Shown here: positions 1-9,595 of the stretch, piece by piece | Layout of the letters: every line of letters starts with the position of its first letter | How positions within the stretch are numbered: position 1 is the stretch's first letter | Source: Bryobacterales bacterium | Lineage (GTDB): Bacteria > Acidobacteriota > Terriglobia > Bryobacterales > Bryobacteraceae | DNA: 64,000 bases | Direction: 5' to 3' | Assembly: GCA_963747945.1 (NCBI GenBank) | Contig: CAVVHB010000018.1 | Coordinates: 224,868-288,867 of the forward strand | Made by a program: the position numbers and the translations under genes | Notes under the pieces: model-generated | Told to the model about the DNA's origin: nothing | Databases searched by the model: none | What the model saw: the letters and a program-made list of their open reading frames with translations, nothing else

Positions 1-267
1 GCGTTGAATCACGCCGTGGCCGTAGCGATGAGCGGGCAGATCGAGGAAGGCTTAGAACAGATCGACGGGCTGGGTTCCGGCTCGCTGGATCAGTATTACC
101 TATTTCACGCCGCCCGCGCCGATCTGTTGAGGCGCCTTAATCGGCACTCTGAGGCTGCCGTGGCATACCGACGGGCCCTGAGCTTAGCTACCAACCAGCT
201 TGAAATCAATTTTCTTTCACGGCGGCTTGGTCAGATGGAAGCGCTACGGGCAACACCAGACCGTTGA
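1..267 (+). CDS. 3' end of a gene entering from upstream; helical TPR-like C-terminal tail of the kind seen on ECF-type sigma factors (COG4941/DUF6596-like)
   Basis: The frame is open from base 1 to the stop at 265-267. The translation ...LDQYYLFHAARADLLRRLNRHSEAAVAYRRALSLATNQLEINFLSRRL resembles the conserved C-terminus of that family, recognised from memory only. Confidence 0.45.
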   Translation, partial: ALNHAVAVAMSGQIEEGLEQIDGLGSGSLDQYYLFHAARADLLRRLNRHSEAAVAYRRALSLATNQLEINFLSRRLGQMEALRATPDR

Positions 268-293
268 AGTGAGAAAGTCTCACGTGGCGCTGA

Positions 294-1307
294 TTATTTC
301 TTGCGGGCGATATACCGATCGCCCTCTACCCAGTGCTGGATCATTGCCGTGACTGCGCCTTTTCCATCCCTGACGAAATCCACGCCTGTTCCTTCCATGG
401 TGAAGCTGGTTTCAGAATGCGCGATGAGCGGGATCTTGCCCGCGCCGCCGCTATTGATGGTAAAGCTGCCCCCTTCCAGGGACACGACGATGTCGGGTCC
501 GTAGGTTCCGGCATATTGAGCCAGCACCTCGGCCGGAACGTGAAACTCCTCCCCGCTCTTGCCCACCAGGTGTCGCGCATCGCGCTCGTTTTCGCAAAAG
601 TACTCAATCAGATCTACATCCGGCATCAGATCCAACTCGACGGGAAGCGTCCACGACCTGGTGTACGTCTTGGGATCGTCCAGCGTCACCTCGAGATCGA
701 TATGGCCTACATCGCGGCGGTGGAAGCGTTCCGTCACGCGCAAAGCTTCGGTGTGGGGATGCCCACCCAGATCAATCGTGGTGCGGTCGTTATAGCCAGC
801 GGTGGTGACTACCAAGGTATCTCCGTCCCAGTGTCCGATCGAGTAGCCCATCCAGGTGGGGTTGGGATCTTCCGGTAGTCCGCGGCCATCGGTAAAAATC
901 TGGCGGTAAATGGTCTGATATTCGTAGAGGACCACCATCAGATTCGGTGTTTGAACGATCTTCATCGGGAGACCAAGGCCCGAAATGCCGGCTTTTGGTC
1001 CCGGCGGGAGACAAGCGATTCCGTCGGAGTCCTTGCGATAATCATCCTCGCGCTGTTTGAAGAGCGCCGCGGCCCAGGGCCGGATCTCATCCGGCTTGAG
1101 GTCCGAGGTGACGTAGGTCAGATAGGTTGTCTGCTTTACCCGCCAGACTCCGGACAGGTCCGGCTTGCCGTTCGCGGATAGTGGCGCGGGTGCCGAAAGA
1201 TCGGGCTTGCCGGCGGGGGTTCGGGGCATTCCCGGGGTAGGGTGATTCGGCCACTGTGCTGTGAGAGAAACGCTCATCGCGCATAGGACTATCGCGAGTT
1301 TATGCAT
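294..1307 (-). CDS. secreted hypothetical protein (no domain recognised)
   Basis: Long ORF. I moved the start to the ATG at 1305-1307, which is preceded by AGAGGAGGA (reverse complement of 1311-1319). A signal peptide MHKLAIVLCAMSVSLTAQ follows. Confidence 0.7.
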   Translation of the reverse strand: MHKLAIVLCAMSVSLTAQWPNHPTPGMPRTPAGKPDLSAPAPLSANGKPDLSGVWRVKQTTYLTYVTSDLKPDEIRPWAAALFKQREDDYRKDSDGIACLPPGPKAGISGLGLPMKIVQTPNLMVVLYEYQTIYRQIFTDGRGLPEDPNPTWMGYSIGHWDGDTLVVTTAGYNDRTTIDLGGHPHTEALRVTERFHRRDVGHIDLEVTLDDPKTYTRSWTLPVELDLMPDVDLIEYFCENERDARHLVGKSGEEFHVPAEVLAQYAGTYGPDIVVSLEGGSFTINSGGAGKIPLIAHSETSFTMEGTGVDFVRDGKGAVTAMIQHWVEGDRYIARKK

Positions 1308-1381
1308 CTGTCCTCCTCTCATATCCAGCGGCCAATCCCGCGCCTCACATCTTATCAGGCGGCAACATAATATTGTTGGGT

Positions 1382-2584
1382 ATGACTCATGATGAGCGGA
1401 CAGCATCGTCCGGCGCAACCAAGCTTGTGATCCGCAATATCGGCCTCATTCTCAGTGGTGATTTGAAGAGGCCCATCCTGGACGGAGATACCATTGTCGC
1501 AGTCGATGGGAAGATCGTCGGCATTGGTTTAGAGAAGGACGTGGACACCGAAGGCGCCGGCACGCTTGTTGACGCGAACGGCACGGCGGTAGCTCCTGGT
1601 CTCATCGACAGCCACGTGCACCCGGTAGCGGGCGACTGGACGCCGCGCCAGAATCAACTCGGCTGGATCGACAGCGCCCTGCACGGCGGAATCACCACCA
1701 TGATCTCGGCCGGAGAAGTCCACACGCCCGGCCGCCCGCGCGACATCGTTGGATTGAAGGCTATGGCGATAACCGCGCAGCGCACGTTTTCCGCGTTTCG
1801 CCCAGGCGGCGTGAAAATCCATGCGGGAGCCCCCTGCATCGAACCCGAGATGGAGGAAAACGATTTCAAGGAACTCGCGGCGGCGGGCGTGCGGTTGCTC
1901 GGCGAGGTGGGGCTCGGTGGTGTCAAGGACGGACCTACCGCCCGTAAAATGGTTGCCTGGGCACGCAAGTATGGCATCCAGTCCACCATTCATACTGGAG
2001 GCCCTTCGATCCCGGGTTCCGGTCTTATCGACAAAGACGTGGTGCTGGAAGCCGATACGGATGTCATCGGGCATATCAACGGTGGCCATACGGCATTGCC
2101 GGACGGCCAGATTCGCTGCATCTGCGAGGGCTGCAACCGCGGCCTGGAAGTCGTACACAACGGCAACGAGCGAGCCGCCCTATTCACGTTGCGGATCGCG
2201 AAGGAAATGGGCCAGCTGGATCGAATCATTCTCGGCACGGATTCGCCAGCCGGCTCGGGCGTTCAGCCGCTTGGTATTCTGCGCCTGATTTCGATGCTCT
2301 CGTCGTTGGCCGAAGTGCCTGCCGAAATCGCGTTCTGTTTCGCGACCGGCAACACCGCGCGCACCCGCTCTCTCGATTGCGGCATCGTGGAGGTTGGCCG
2401 CTCCGCCGACTTTGTGATTATGGACAAGCCGCAACACTCCGCCGGCAAGACCTTGCTCGAAAGCGTCCAACTTGGCGATCTCCCCGGCATCGGTATGACG
2501 ATCATCGACGGTATTGTTCGCACCGGACGCAGCCGCAATACGCCGCCGGCCACGAGACTACCGGAGATGGTCGCTCAACGCTAA
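1382..2584 (+). CDS. metal-dependent amidohydrolase, enamidase-like (6-oxo-1,4,5,6-tetrahydronicotinate amidohydrolase family candidate)
   Basis: About 400 aa ORF with the N-terminal pattern KLVIRNIGLILSGDL and the amidohydrolase metal motif DSHVHP. It sits next to a 6-hydroxynicotinate-reductase-like cluster. The ATG at 1382 is preferred over the TTG at 1373. Confidence 0.65.
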   Translation: MTHDERTASSGATKLVIRNIGLILSGDLKRPILDGDTIVAVDGKIVGIGLEKDVDTEGAGTLVDANGTAVAPGLIDSHVHPVAGDWTPRQNQLGWIDSALHGGITTMISAGEVHTPGRPRDIVGLKAMAITAQRTFSAFRPGGVKIHAGAPCIEPEMEENDFKELAAAGVRLLGEVGLGGVKDGPTARKMVAWARKYGIQSTIHTGGPSIPGSGLIDKDVVLEADTDVIGHINGGHTALPDGQIRCICEGCNRGLEVVHNGNERAALFTLRIAKEMGQLDRIILGTDSPAGSGVQPLGILRLISMLSSLAEVPAEIAFCFATGNTARTRSLDCGIVEVGRSADFVIMDKPQHSAGKTLLESVQLGDLPGIGMTIIDGIVRTGRSRNTPPATRLPEMVAQR

Positions 2585-2592
2585 TCGCAAGA

Positions 2593-3033
2593 CTATCGTA
2601 GCTTCTTCAAAAGCTTCAGGAAGATTGAGCGCTCGGCGGCTGTCAGCGGCTGCAATGTCTCCCCGGTGATGGCCTCTGCGTTCAGGCGGGCCCGTTCAGC
2701 AACTTCTCGACCCGCAGGGGTGAGCACAACCACCAGGCGGCGAGCGTCCTCGGGATCGGGGCGCGTCTCCACAAAGCCGCGATTCGACAGACGGTCGACA
2801 ACTCCCTTGATGGTGGCCGCATCCATCGCCGTCTGGCGGCCGAGCAGATTTTGCGAGCACGGCCCGCGTTCCAGGAGCTTGGCAAGCGTGGCCCACTGAG
2901 TGGGGGTGAGATCGTCGCCGATTCTTGCGGCAAAGATAGCGGTGTGGCGCTGGCTGACTTGCCGCAGGATGAAGCCGACCTGCCGCTCCAGAATGTATTG
3001 ATCGACTTCCACCACGCCCTCAGCGCAATCCAT
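2593..3033 (-). CDS. MarR-family transcriptional regulator
   Basis: 146 aa. The winged-helix region (LTPTQWATLAKLLERGPCSQNLLGRQTAMDAATIKGVVDRLSNRGFVETRPDPEDARR) is typical MarR. It overlaps the 3' end of the upstream gene by 14 nt, so it is probably in the same operon. Confidence 0.85.
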   Translation of the reverse strand: MDCAEGVVEVDQYILERQVGFILRQVSQRHTAIFAARIGDDLTPTQWATLAKLLERGPCSQNLLGRQTAMDAATIKGVVDRLSNRGFVETRPDPEDARRLVVVLTPAGREVAERARLNAEAITGETLQPLTAAERSIFLKLLKKLR

Positions 3034-3613
3034 CGTCGCCCTTGATTTGATCCTTCGTCAGACCGCCCACACGCGGCAAAGGCCGTCCGCTATCGGTAAC
3101 CGCAACGGCCACCATGATCTCATTGGCCCGTGGCGCGTCGGGAATGCGCACCTCCATACCGTCGAAGTGGCTTCGCACGTACGCAGCGTCCTTGTGGCCG
3201 AGCGGGATATCGAGCGCCACGCCAGGCCCTCCGCGCTTTTTCGACGACGGTATCAGCGCTGCTCCCTTGCCAAGCACTTTCCGCACCGGAGCTCCCAGTT
3301 TGGGGTGGAGGATCGCGGCCGCATGCTCCAGCTCGCCGTTCTCGCCCACCACGGCGGCTTTACCGTAGCTCTCGGCCCGCGGCCCTTCAATGCCGAGGGC
3401 CTTCACGGCGTATTCTGCCAGCAAATGCCCAAGTTCCTCACCGATGTCGATGAGCTCTTGCAGGTCCTCCACGTAGCGCCCGGCGAAGGGGTTCTCAATC
3501 ACGGCGATGGATGCCGCGCGCCGCGTGGGCGGATCAACCAGTCGACCCATCTCGCTGCGAGTCTCCTCGACGACGGTAACGATTTTGCGGATGTTGGCTT
3601 TCATATCAAGCAC
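3020..3613 (-). CDS. amino-acid-synthesis family protein (DUF1185/AA_synth)
   Basis: 197 aa. MKANIRKIVTVVEETRSEMGR...IENPFAGRYVEDL...AAILHPKLG matches my memory of the AA_synth family, which commonly accompanies 6-hydroxynicotinate reductase genes. Confidence 0.7.
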   Translation of the reverse strand: MLDMKANIRKIVTVVEETRSEMGRLVDPPTRRAASIAVIENPFAGRYVEDLQELIDIGEELGHLLAEYAVKALGIEGPRAESYGKAAVVGENGELEHAAAILHPKLGAPVRKVLGKGAALIPSSKKRGGPGVALDIPLGHKDAAYVRSHFDGMEVRIPDAPRANEIMVAVAVTDSGRPLPRVGGLTKDQIKGDDGLR

Positions 3614-3616
3614 TCC

Positions 3617-4477
3617 TCATATCAAGCACCCCAAGGGGATCCCAATGACCTGTGTCTCGCCCTGGAGGTGAAGCGCTGCAGCCTGGATTAAGCCGGCCGC
3701 TTGAAGGCGATTCGCGCAAACCATGCCGCGGCCGAGCGCTTCTTGGATCTCAGCCGGATGCAATGGTCCCACCTCCGTGGTGACCAGCGTTCGGCCAAGA
3801 TCGCTGTCGCGCTGAAGCTCTTGCGCCGGCACTCGAACGACAGCTGCGTGTCCAGGAAGATCCACTTCGTTAGCCACGATGGTTGCCGCCGCATCCGCTT
3901 GTGAAGCCGTGGCGGCCAGAATTGTCACCGCATCGGCAATGCCAAGCGAGAAGCTGCGCCCGCGCCATCCGCTGGTAGCGATCCCAGCTAATCCGTCGGC
4001 TGAGCTAAGCACCGCCTTGCCAAACAGGCTGGGCCGGTCAGGCCGATCGACCAGGCCGATGCTAAAACTTTCGCTCGGCGAAAGATGCAGCGCGATGTCG
4101 CCGCCGTTGTTCACGTATGCCTTCGCGAGACTAGCGGCAGAGGTCATGGCGGCGAGGATTTCCTCCGCGACAGAGCCGGCCACGGCGGCCATCGGTGTGA
4201 TGAAACGGCCGGCAGCGAACGGCGCAACTGCGGCGTGCATGCGCTTTGCAACCGGACCGTGCAGCAGGCAACGTTCAGGATGAGCGGGCATGCGCAACAG
4301 CGGGAGTTCGTCACACAGTTCGTCGAGAAGGCCGCGGAAACGTGTGGCTGCCGCAGCGTAGGCCGCCTTTATTGCTTCCGCCGCGCCGAAAGCTTCCAGA
4401 ACCAGGTCGATTGGCCCGTCTTGAAAATGCATGCGGCGCCCGTCCGGCAGCATTCGGATCTGTGGCGGCGTTCTCAT
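3617..4477 (-). CDS. UPF0280 (ApbE-like superfamily) protein
   Basis: 286 aa ORF with a 4-nt overlap with the upstream gene. The family assignment is from sequence resemblance and conserved neighbourhood, from memory only. Confidence 0.55.
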   Translation of the reverse strand: MRTPPQIRMLPDGRRMHFQDGPIDLVLEAFGAAEAIKAAYAAAATRFRGLLDELCDELPLLRMPAHPERCLLHGPVAKRMHAAVAPFAAGRFITPMAAVAGSVAEEILAAMTSAASLAKAYVNNGGDIALHLSPSESFSIGLVDRPDRPSLFGKAVLSSADGLAGIATSGWRGRSFSLGIADAVTILAATASQADAAATIVANEVDLPGHAAVVRVPAQELQRDSDLGRTLVTTEVGPLHPAEIQEALGRGMVCANRLQAAGLIQAAALHLQGETQVIGIPLGCLI

Positions 4478-5919
4478 ACGTGGTCTAAAGGCCAGGGATT
4501 ATCCGGGTGCTGCGGAACCTGCCGCTGTCCCTCCCGGTTGAGGAAAGACGCGAGGGGGCGCACCTGATCCATGTGGCCTTTGAGCGCAGCGTAGTCGGCA
4601 AGCCGCAACGTAAATTCGATGGGCGCAACCAGAGCCGGCGTGGGCACATAACCGAAGCCGTTCTCAGGCACGCGTGTAACGTCCACCATGAAGGTGATGC
4701 CGCCGCCGGGCCAGATGTAAACCGGAACGCCGCCGCACGTTACGTGGGTAAGAGCGTCTTTCACCGAGCGGGTAAGGCGTACGGGATTCTCGGTCACGCC
4801 AGAACGCAGCGACCCGCCGGCTCCGCCCATAAAAAGCACGGTGCAAAGCGCCGGCTCGCAGTTCTCTTGGATGCGCTCGACAGATTCCTTGAGCTCAGCC
4901 GGCAACTCGCGCTCCACGGGCGCCAGCGTCTTGTCCAGTTCGTAGTAAGCGAAGTGCTCGCCCGTGGTGGAGACCATGAGAAGCCTCAGGCCCGCCCACG
5001 CCTTCTCCGGGTTGAACGGCCCCAGAATCGAGAGCGGCTCACGGATGTTTGTGCCGCCCCAACCCGTCCCCGGGTCCGCCACCTGGAAGTAGCGGCCGGG
5101 CGTGGAGCGCCTTCCCTTCATCTTGATGCCGGTATCGACGATACCGAGGAACTTGCCGGCGCGGTGTTCGGAAAGGACGCCGGTGATGTGGTCGTCAACA
5201 ACAACCACTTCATCCACTTTTCCATGCCACTGCTTGGCGAACATGCCGATGGTCGCCGAGCCGCAGCCAACCCGCATGCGCTCTTCGGTCACGCCATTGA
5301 CAATGGGCGGTTGGCCCGCCTGTACGATGACGGTGGCGCCGCCTTCGATGCTCAGCTCCGCGGGTTTGCCGTTGCACAGGTCCAACAGCGTTTCGCAGGT
5401 GACGCGGCCTTCGCTCTTCGAACCGCCGGTGAGATGATTCACTCCACCGAGCGAAAGCATCTGCGAACCGTATTCCACCGTCGTGACGTGCCCGACGGGC
5501 TGGCCCTGCGCGAGCACGAGACTACGCTCGGCGCCCAGATGGCGGTCCGTATCGATCTTCAGCTTCACTCCGCAGTAGCTGAAAATCCCCTCTGTAACAA
5601 CCGTCACCATGTCCACGCCGCGGACTTCCGATGAAACGATGAACGGTGCGGGCTTGTAGTCGGGATACGTGGTCCCTGCGCCGATGGCTGTGACGAAAGT
5701 TTCCGGCTCCCGCAGAATCGCTCCGTCCCAATCGCCGGCCTTTTGAAATGGGACGACAGCGCCACCCTGCGCCAGCGTCCGGTTCAGGATGACGTGCGGA
5801 TCCACACGCACCAGCTCACCGTCGCGATTGGCGTAACGGTCGCACGCGCCCGCGCGGCCCGGCTTGATGTAGCAGATTACAGGGCAGGCATCGCATCGGA
5901 CGCTGTCGTCGGCTTGCAT
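4474..5919 (-). CDS. 6-hydroxynicotinate reductase-like Fe-S protein
   Basis: The start was moved to the ATG at 5917-5919 (MQADDSVRCDACPVICYIKPGRAGACDRY, a Cys-rich Fe-S-type N-terminus). That is 1 nt after the stop of the upstream hydroxylase gene. The context is FAD/FeS/Moco hydroxylase plus UPF0280 plus DUF1185 plus amidohydrolase. Confidence 0.6.
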   Translation of the reverse strand: MQADDSVRCDACPVICYIKPGRAGACDRYANRDGELVRVDPHVILNRTLAQGGAVVPFQKAGDWDGAILREPETFVTAIGAGTTYPDYKPAPFIVSSEVRGVDMVTVVTEGIFSYCGVKLKIDTDRHLGAERSLVLAQGQPVGHVTTVEYGSQMLSLGGVNHLTGGSKSEGRVTCETLLDLCNGKPAELSIEGGATVIVQAGQPPIVNGVTEERMRVGCGSATIGMFAKQWHGKVDEVVVVDDHITGVLSEHRAGKFLGIVDTGIKMKGRRSTPGRYFQVADPGTGWGGTNIREPLSILGPFNPEKAWAGLRLLMVSTTGEHFAYYELDKTLAPVERELPAELKESVERIQENCEPALCTVLFMGGAGGSLRSGVTENPVRLTRSVKDALTHVTCGGVPVYIWPGGGITFMVDVTRVPENGFGYVPTPALVAPIEFTLRLADYAALKGHMDQVRPLASFLNREGQRQVPQHPDNPWPLDHV

Positions 5920-5920
5920 A

Positions 5921-8689
5921 TCAACCTCGCGACGGGTCAAGTGCGACGATTGCGGCTCGCATGCGATCCGGAGTGGCTGGTGCGCGCCGGACGCGTACGC
6001 CGGTGGCATCGTGAATGGCGTTGAAGATGGCTGGAGCGGTCGGAATCATGGAGTGCTCGCCGATGCCTTTGGCGCCGTAAGGACCGGCGGACGAGGGATC
6101 CTCGATCAGGATGGACTCGACGGGCGGCATGTCTCCCGCGGAGGGAATGAGATAGTCGTGCAGGTTCTCGCCGCGTCCGGGATGAAACTCCTCCATCAGC
6201 GCCATTCCCAGGCCTTGGGCCACACCGCCTTCGATCTGGCCTTCTACTAAAGTCGGGTTGATTGCGCGGCCAACGTCGTGCGCGGCGGTGATCTTGAGCG
6301 CCTTTACGGTACCAAGCTCGGTGTCAACTTCGATTTCGACCATGTGTGCGCCGAATCCGTACACTGCGTAGGGAATGCCCTGGCCATCCTGGTTGAGTGG
6401 GCTGGTCGGCGGATCGTACGTGACCTCGCTCGTAAGCACGTAACCGTATTCGTCGAGTGGCAGATCGTCGAGGGCGATCGAGCACAGCCGGTCGAAGTCG
6501 GAGACAGTCACGCGACCTTCCTCGAAAGCAATGCGAGCGCTATCGCCGGCGTTGGCATGATCCAGAATCGCCTTGCGCAGCTGGCGCCCGGCGAGCTCTG
6601 CCGCTTTGCCGGTTACGAACGTTTGCCGGGAGGCAGAGGTCTTCCCGCAATCGGGCGTGAGGTCAGTGTCGCCAGAGACGAGGTCAAAGCTCGCGATAGG
6701 CGCGCCCACCGCATCGGCGCAGATTTGGGTGATGATCGTGTTCGATCCCTGACCGATGTCGACTGCGCCCTGGTGCAGCGACAGCCGGCCGTCGCGCTTA
6801 AGACCGAGCCGAACGGTGGAGGGGTTGCTCAAGGATGTGTTGCCGCAGCCGTACCACGTGGCAGCAACGCCCACGCCTCGCCGTCTCGGCCCGATGCTCG
6901 CAGCATTGAAGGCTTGAGTGTCGGCGCACGCGCGCTTCCAGTGTGGGCGAAGCGCCTTCAAACAAGTGCCGATGCCGACGCCATCGTCCAGCACTTGGCC
7001 GGTAACCGTCGGTTGGCCCGCAACGAGCGCGTTCGTGATCCGGAATTCAAGGCGGTCCATGCCGAGTTTGTTGGCCAGCTCGTCATACACTTGCTCCTGC
7101 GCAATGGCAGCCTGGGGCACGCCAAAGCCACGAAAAGCACCGGCGGGCACCAGGTGCGTGTGCACCGCGCGCGTCAAGGCGCGATAGTGCGGCACATAGT
7201 AAGGTCCGGAAGCATGCACTGGCACGCGATGCGCAACCGTCGGCCCCCAAGAGGAATAGGCGCCGGTGTTAAAGTCGGCGAAAAAATCGAGCCCGACAAT
7301 CTTGCCGTCGCGCGTCGCACCGGCTCGTATCCACATCCGCGCTGGATGGCGCTTGGTGGTCGCCATGATCGACTCGGTTCTGGTGTAGGCCATGCGCACC
7401 GGCCGTTTGAGATGCCAGGCGGCAATGGCGACGAAGGGCTGGATCGACAAATCGAGCTTCGCTCCAAAGCCGCCACCGAGGGCGGTGGGAATAATGCGCA
7501 CATCTTCCGGCGCAATGGCGAGGATGGTCGCAATGTCGTTGCGATCCATATAAGGCGCCTGCGTACACGCCTGGATTTCGATACGGTCGCCAACACGGCG
7601 GGCGAAGCCTGCTTCCGGTTCGATGTAGGCGTGTTCGACGAAGCCAGTTTCGAACTCACCATCGACAGTGACGTCAGCCTGGGTCAGCGCGGTTTCCACG
7701 TCGCCTCGCACCACGCGACCGCGCACCAGGATGTTCCCGGGGCGGTTTTGATGCACCAGCCCAGCGCTGTCGGCCAGCGCGGCGTCGATTGTGATGTGCG
7801 CCGGAAGCTCTGTCCAAGTGACGGGAAAGTCCGCCAGATCGAGCGCCTCCATCGCGGCCGACTCGCCCACGATTGCGGCAACTGCCTCGCCCCGGAAGCG
7901 GGCTTCCTGCTCGGCGAAAACCGGCTGATCGGCGAACGGGGTGATGACGCCATAACGGTTCTCTCCGGGCACATCTTCGGCGGTGAAAACACGAACGACG
8001 CCGGGATGGGCCGCGACGAATACGTCGAGCCCGCCAAATTCGAAGAGCGCGCGATGGTAGGGGCTGCGAACCACGCGAGCGACCAGAGCATGGGCCGGCC
8101 ATTCGTCAGCGCCGAAGATTTCGAACCCGCCGACCTTTTGGGCGCCATCCAGGCGGGCGATTCGCGCACCAACGGCCGGGCCTGCTTCTACTTCCAGCGG
8201 CGCGGTCTCGGTATCGAGCACCGCCGCGATGATCTTGCGATAGCCGGTGCAGCGACACAGCACTCCGCCGATAGCGTCCATCACATCGGTCTCCGTGGGC
8301 GCCGGATTGCGTTCCAGCAGCGCCGTCCCTGCAACCAACATGCCCGGCGTGCAGATACCGCATTGCGCTCCGCCATGACGCAAGAGCGCGGCCTTGAGCC
8401 GTTCGGAATGGTAAGAGTAGTTGGTCAGCCCTTCGACCGTGACAACGTTGCGCCCCTCCACTTGACCCACCGCCGTCAGGCAGGCGCAGATAGGTTCGCC
8501 ATCCAGGAGCACCGTGCAGGCGCCGCAATCGCCCGCGTCGCACCCCACCTTCGTCCCCGTCTGGCCGAGTTCTTCGCGCAAGACCCTTGAGAGACGCGTC
8601 GCGGGTGCTGAGGAAACTTCTACCTCTCGGCAATTCAGAGAGAAGCCGATCGTGGACGACGTGAGCGAGGAGTTTACCTGAGCAAGCAT
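5921..8689 (-). CDS. xanthine-dehydrogenase-family hydroxylase, fused [2Fe-2S] and molybdopterin-binding subunit (nicotinate dehydrogenase candidate)
   Basis: 922 aa. The N-terminus carries both 2Fe-2S motifs (CDAGDCGACTV; GAQCGICTPG...CRCTGY). An aldehyde-oxidase/XDH a/b-hammerhead and molybdopterin domains follow (GGGFGAK, AFRGFG, GEHSMIPTAPA). Confidence 0.9.
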   Translation of the reverse strand: MLAQVNSSLTSSTIGFSLNCREVEVSSAPATRLSRVLREELGQTGTKVGCDAGDCGACTVLLDGEPICACLTAVGQVEGRNVVTVEGLTNYSYHSERLKAALLRHGGAQCGICTPGMLVAGTALLERNPAPTETDVMDAIGGVLCRCTGYRKIIAAVLDTETAPLEVEAGPAVGARIARLDGAQKVGGFEIFGADEWPAHALVARVVRSPYHRALFEFGGLDVFVAAHPGVVRVFTAEDVPGENRYGVITPFADQPVFAEQEARFRGEAVAAIVGESAAMEALDLADFPVTWTELPAHITIDAALADSAGLVHQNRPGNILVRGRVVRGDVETALTQADVTVDGEFETGFVEHAYIEPEAGFARRVGDRIEIQACTQAPYMDRNDIATILAIAPEDVRIIPTALGGGFGAKLDLSIQPFVAIAAWHLKRPVRMAYTRTESIMATTKRHPARMWIRAGATRDGKIVGLDFFADFNTGAYSSWGPTVAHRVPVHASGPYYVPHYRALTRAVHTHLVPAGAFRGFGVPQAAIAQEQVYDELANKLGMDRLEFRITNALVAGQPTVTGQVLDDGVGIGTCLKALRPHWKRACADTQAFNAASIGPRRRGVGVAATWYGCGNTSLSNPSTVRLGLKRDGRLSLHQGAVDIGQGSNTIITQICADAVGAPIASFDLVSGDTDLTPDCGKTSASRQTFVTGKAAELAGRQLRKAILDHANAGDSARIAFEEGRVTVSDFDRLCSIALDDLPLDEYGYVLTSEVTYDPPTSPLNQDGQGIPYAVYGFGAHMVEIEVDTELGTVKALKITAAHDVGRAINPTLVEGQIEGGVAQGLGMALMEEFHPGRGENLHDYLIPSAGDMPPVESILIEDPSSAGPYGAKGIGEHSMIPTAPAIFNAIHDATGVRVRRAPATPDRMRAAIVALDPSRG

Positions 8690-8691
8690 TG

Positions 8692-9546
8692 TCAGGCCTC
8701 AGCCGCACACATATCCAAAGCACGCCTGATCAGCGTCAGGGTGGCATCACGGCGGTAGTCGGCCGTCCCTCGGATGTCGTCGATGGGCGATAGTACGTCG
8801 AGGTGCTCCGGCCTCGCCAGGGCGCCAAGACCGGGCCGGGCCGCCGCTCCCCTTAAGTCGCTCTCCAACGCGCGGAGCCGCTGGGCCACCGCCGAGCAAG
8901 CGCCCACCGCGATCCGGGCTTGATTCACGCTCCCCTGCGAGTCTATTTCCACGACAGCCGCCACCATTGCGATCGAGATGACAAGATAGCGTCGAACGCC
9001 GAGCTTCAGGAACGCCGAGGGACCGTCGATGGTTCGCGGCACCACAACCGCCGTGAGAATCTCGTCGGCGCGGATGAGCGTCTTGCGGTAGCTCGCGATA
9101 AAAACACCCAGCGGCAGGCGGCGATGTCCCTGCCGGGACGTGAGCTCCACTTCGGCGTCAAGGGCGAGCAGTGGGGGCACGCCATCCGCGGCTGGGGAGG
9201 CGGTGCAAAGATTGCCTCCAACGGTGCCTGTATTTTGAATTTGAATGGAGCCCACTTCGCGTGCGGCGGCTTTTAGAGCGTCGAAGGAGCGGGGTAACGA
9301 GGCCTCCGCAATGGTTCTCCAGGTAGTACAGGCTCCGATTCGAACTTCCTCGTCGCTGACGGAAATATCGGAGAGGCCGCCCAGGCGGGAGATGTCGATC
9401 ACCGGTCCGGTTACCGGCTTATCACCCAGCGCCGGGAAAAAGTCGGTACCGCCGGCGAGAATCCGTCCGCCATGCGTTGCGAGGGCCTGCAACACCTCCT
9501 CAACACTTCGTGGGCGCAGATACATCGCTTGTTTGTACTCAAACAA
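8692..9546 (-). CDS. FAD-binding subunit of the molybdenum hydroxylase (CoxM/XdhB-like)
   Basis: 284 aa with ILAGGTDFFP and TVGGNLCTASPAAD motifs. It lies 2 nt upstream of the FeS/Moco gene. Confidence 0.85.
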   Translation of the reverse strand: MFEYKQAMYLRPRSVEEVLQALATHGGRILAGGTDFFPALGDKPVTGPVIDISRLGGLSDISVSDEEVRIGACTTWRTIAEASLPRSFDALKAAAREVGSIQIQNTGTVGGNLCTASPAADGVPPLLALDAEVELTSRQGHRRLPLGVFIASYRKTLIRADEILTAVVVPRTIDGPSAFLKLGVRRYLVISIAMVAAVVEIDSQGSVNQARIAVGACSAVAQRLRALESDLRGAAARPGLGALARPEHLDVLSPIDDIRGTADYRRDATLTLIRRALDMCAAEA

Positions 9547-9595
9547 TTTTCTGCGGCCCGCGGCCCACCTGTCAAGCAGGTGCCGGGCGATCGGG

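Noticed and set aside
4507-5634. 375-aa ORF on the + strand
   Set aside because: It is antisense to the 6-hydroxynicotinate-reductase-like gene, with low-complexity Arg/Ala/His-rich translation. It is a shadow ORF.
6278-8590. 770-aa ORF on the + strand
   Set aside because: It is entirely antisense to the well-supported FeS/molybdopterin hydroxylase gene. It has Arg/Gly/Ala-rich composition and no motifs. It is a typical shadow ORF of GC-rich DNA.
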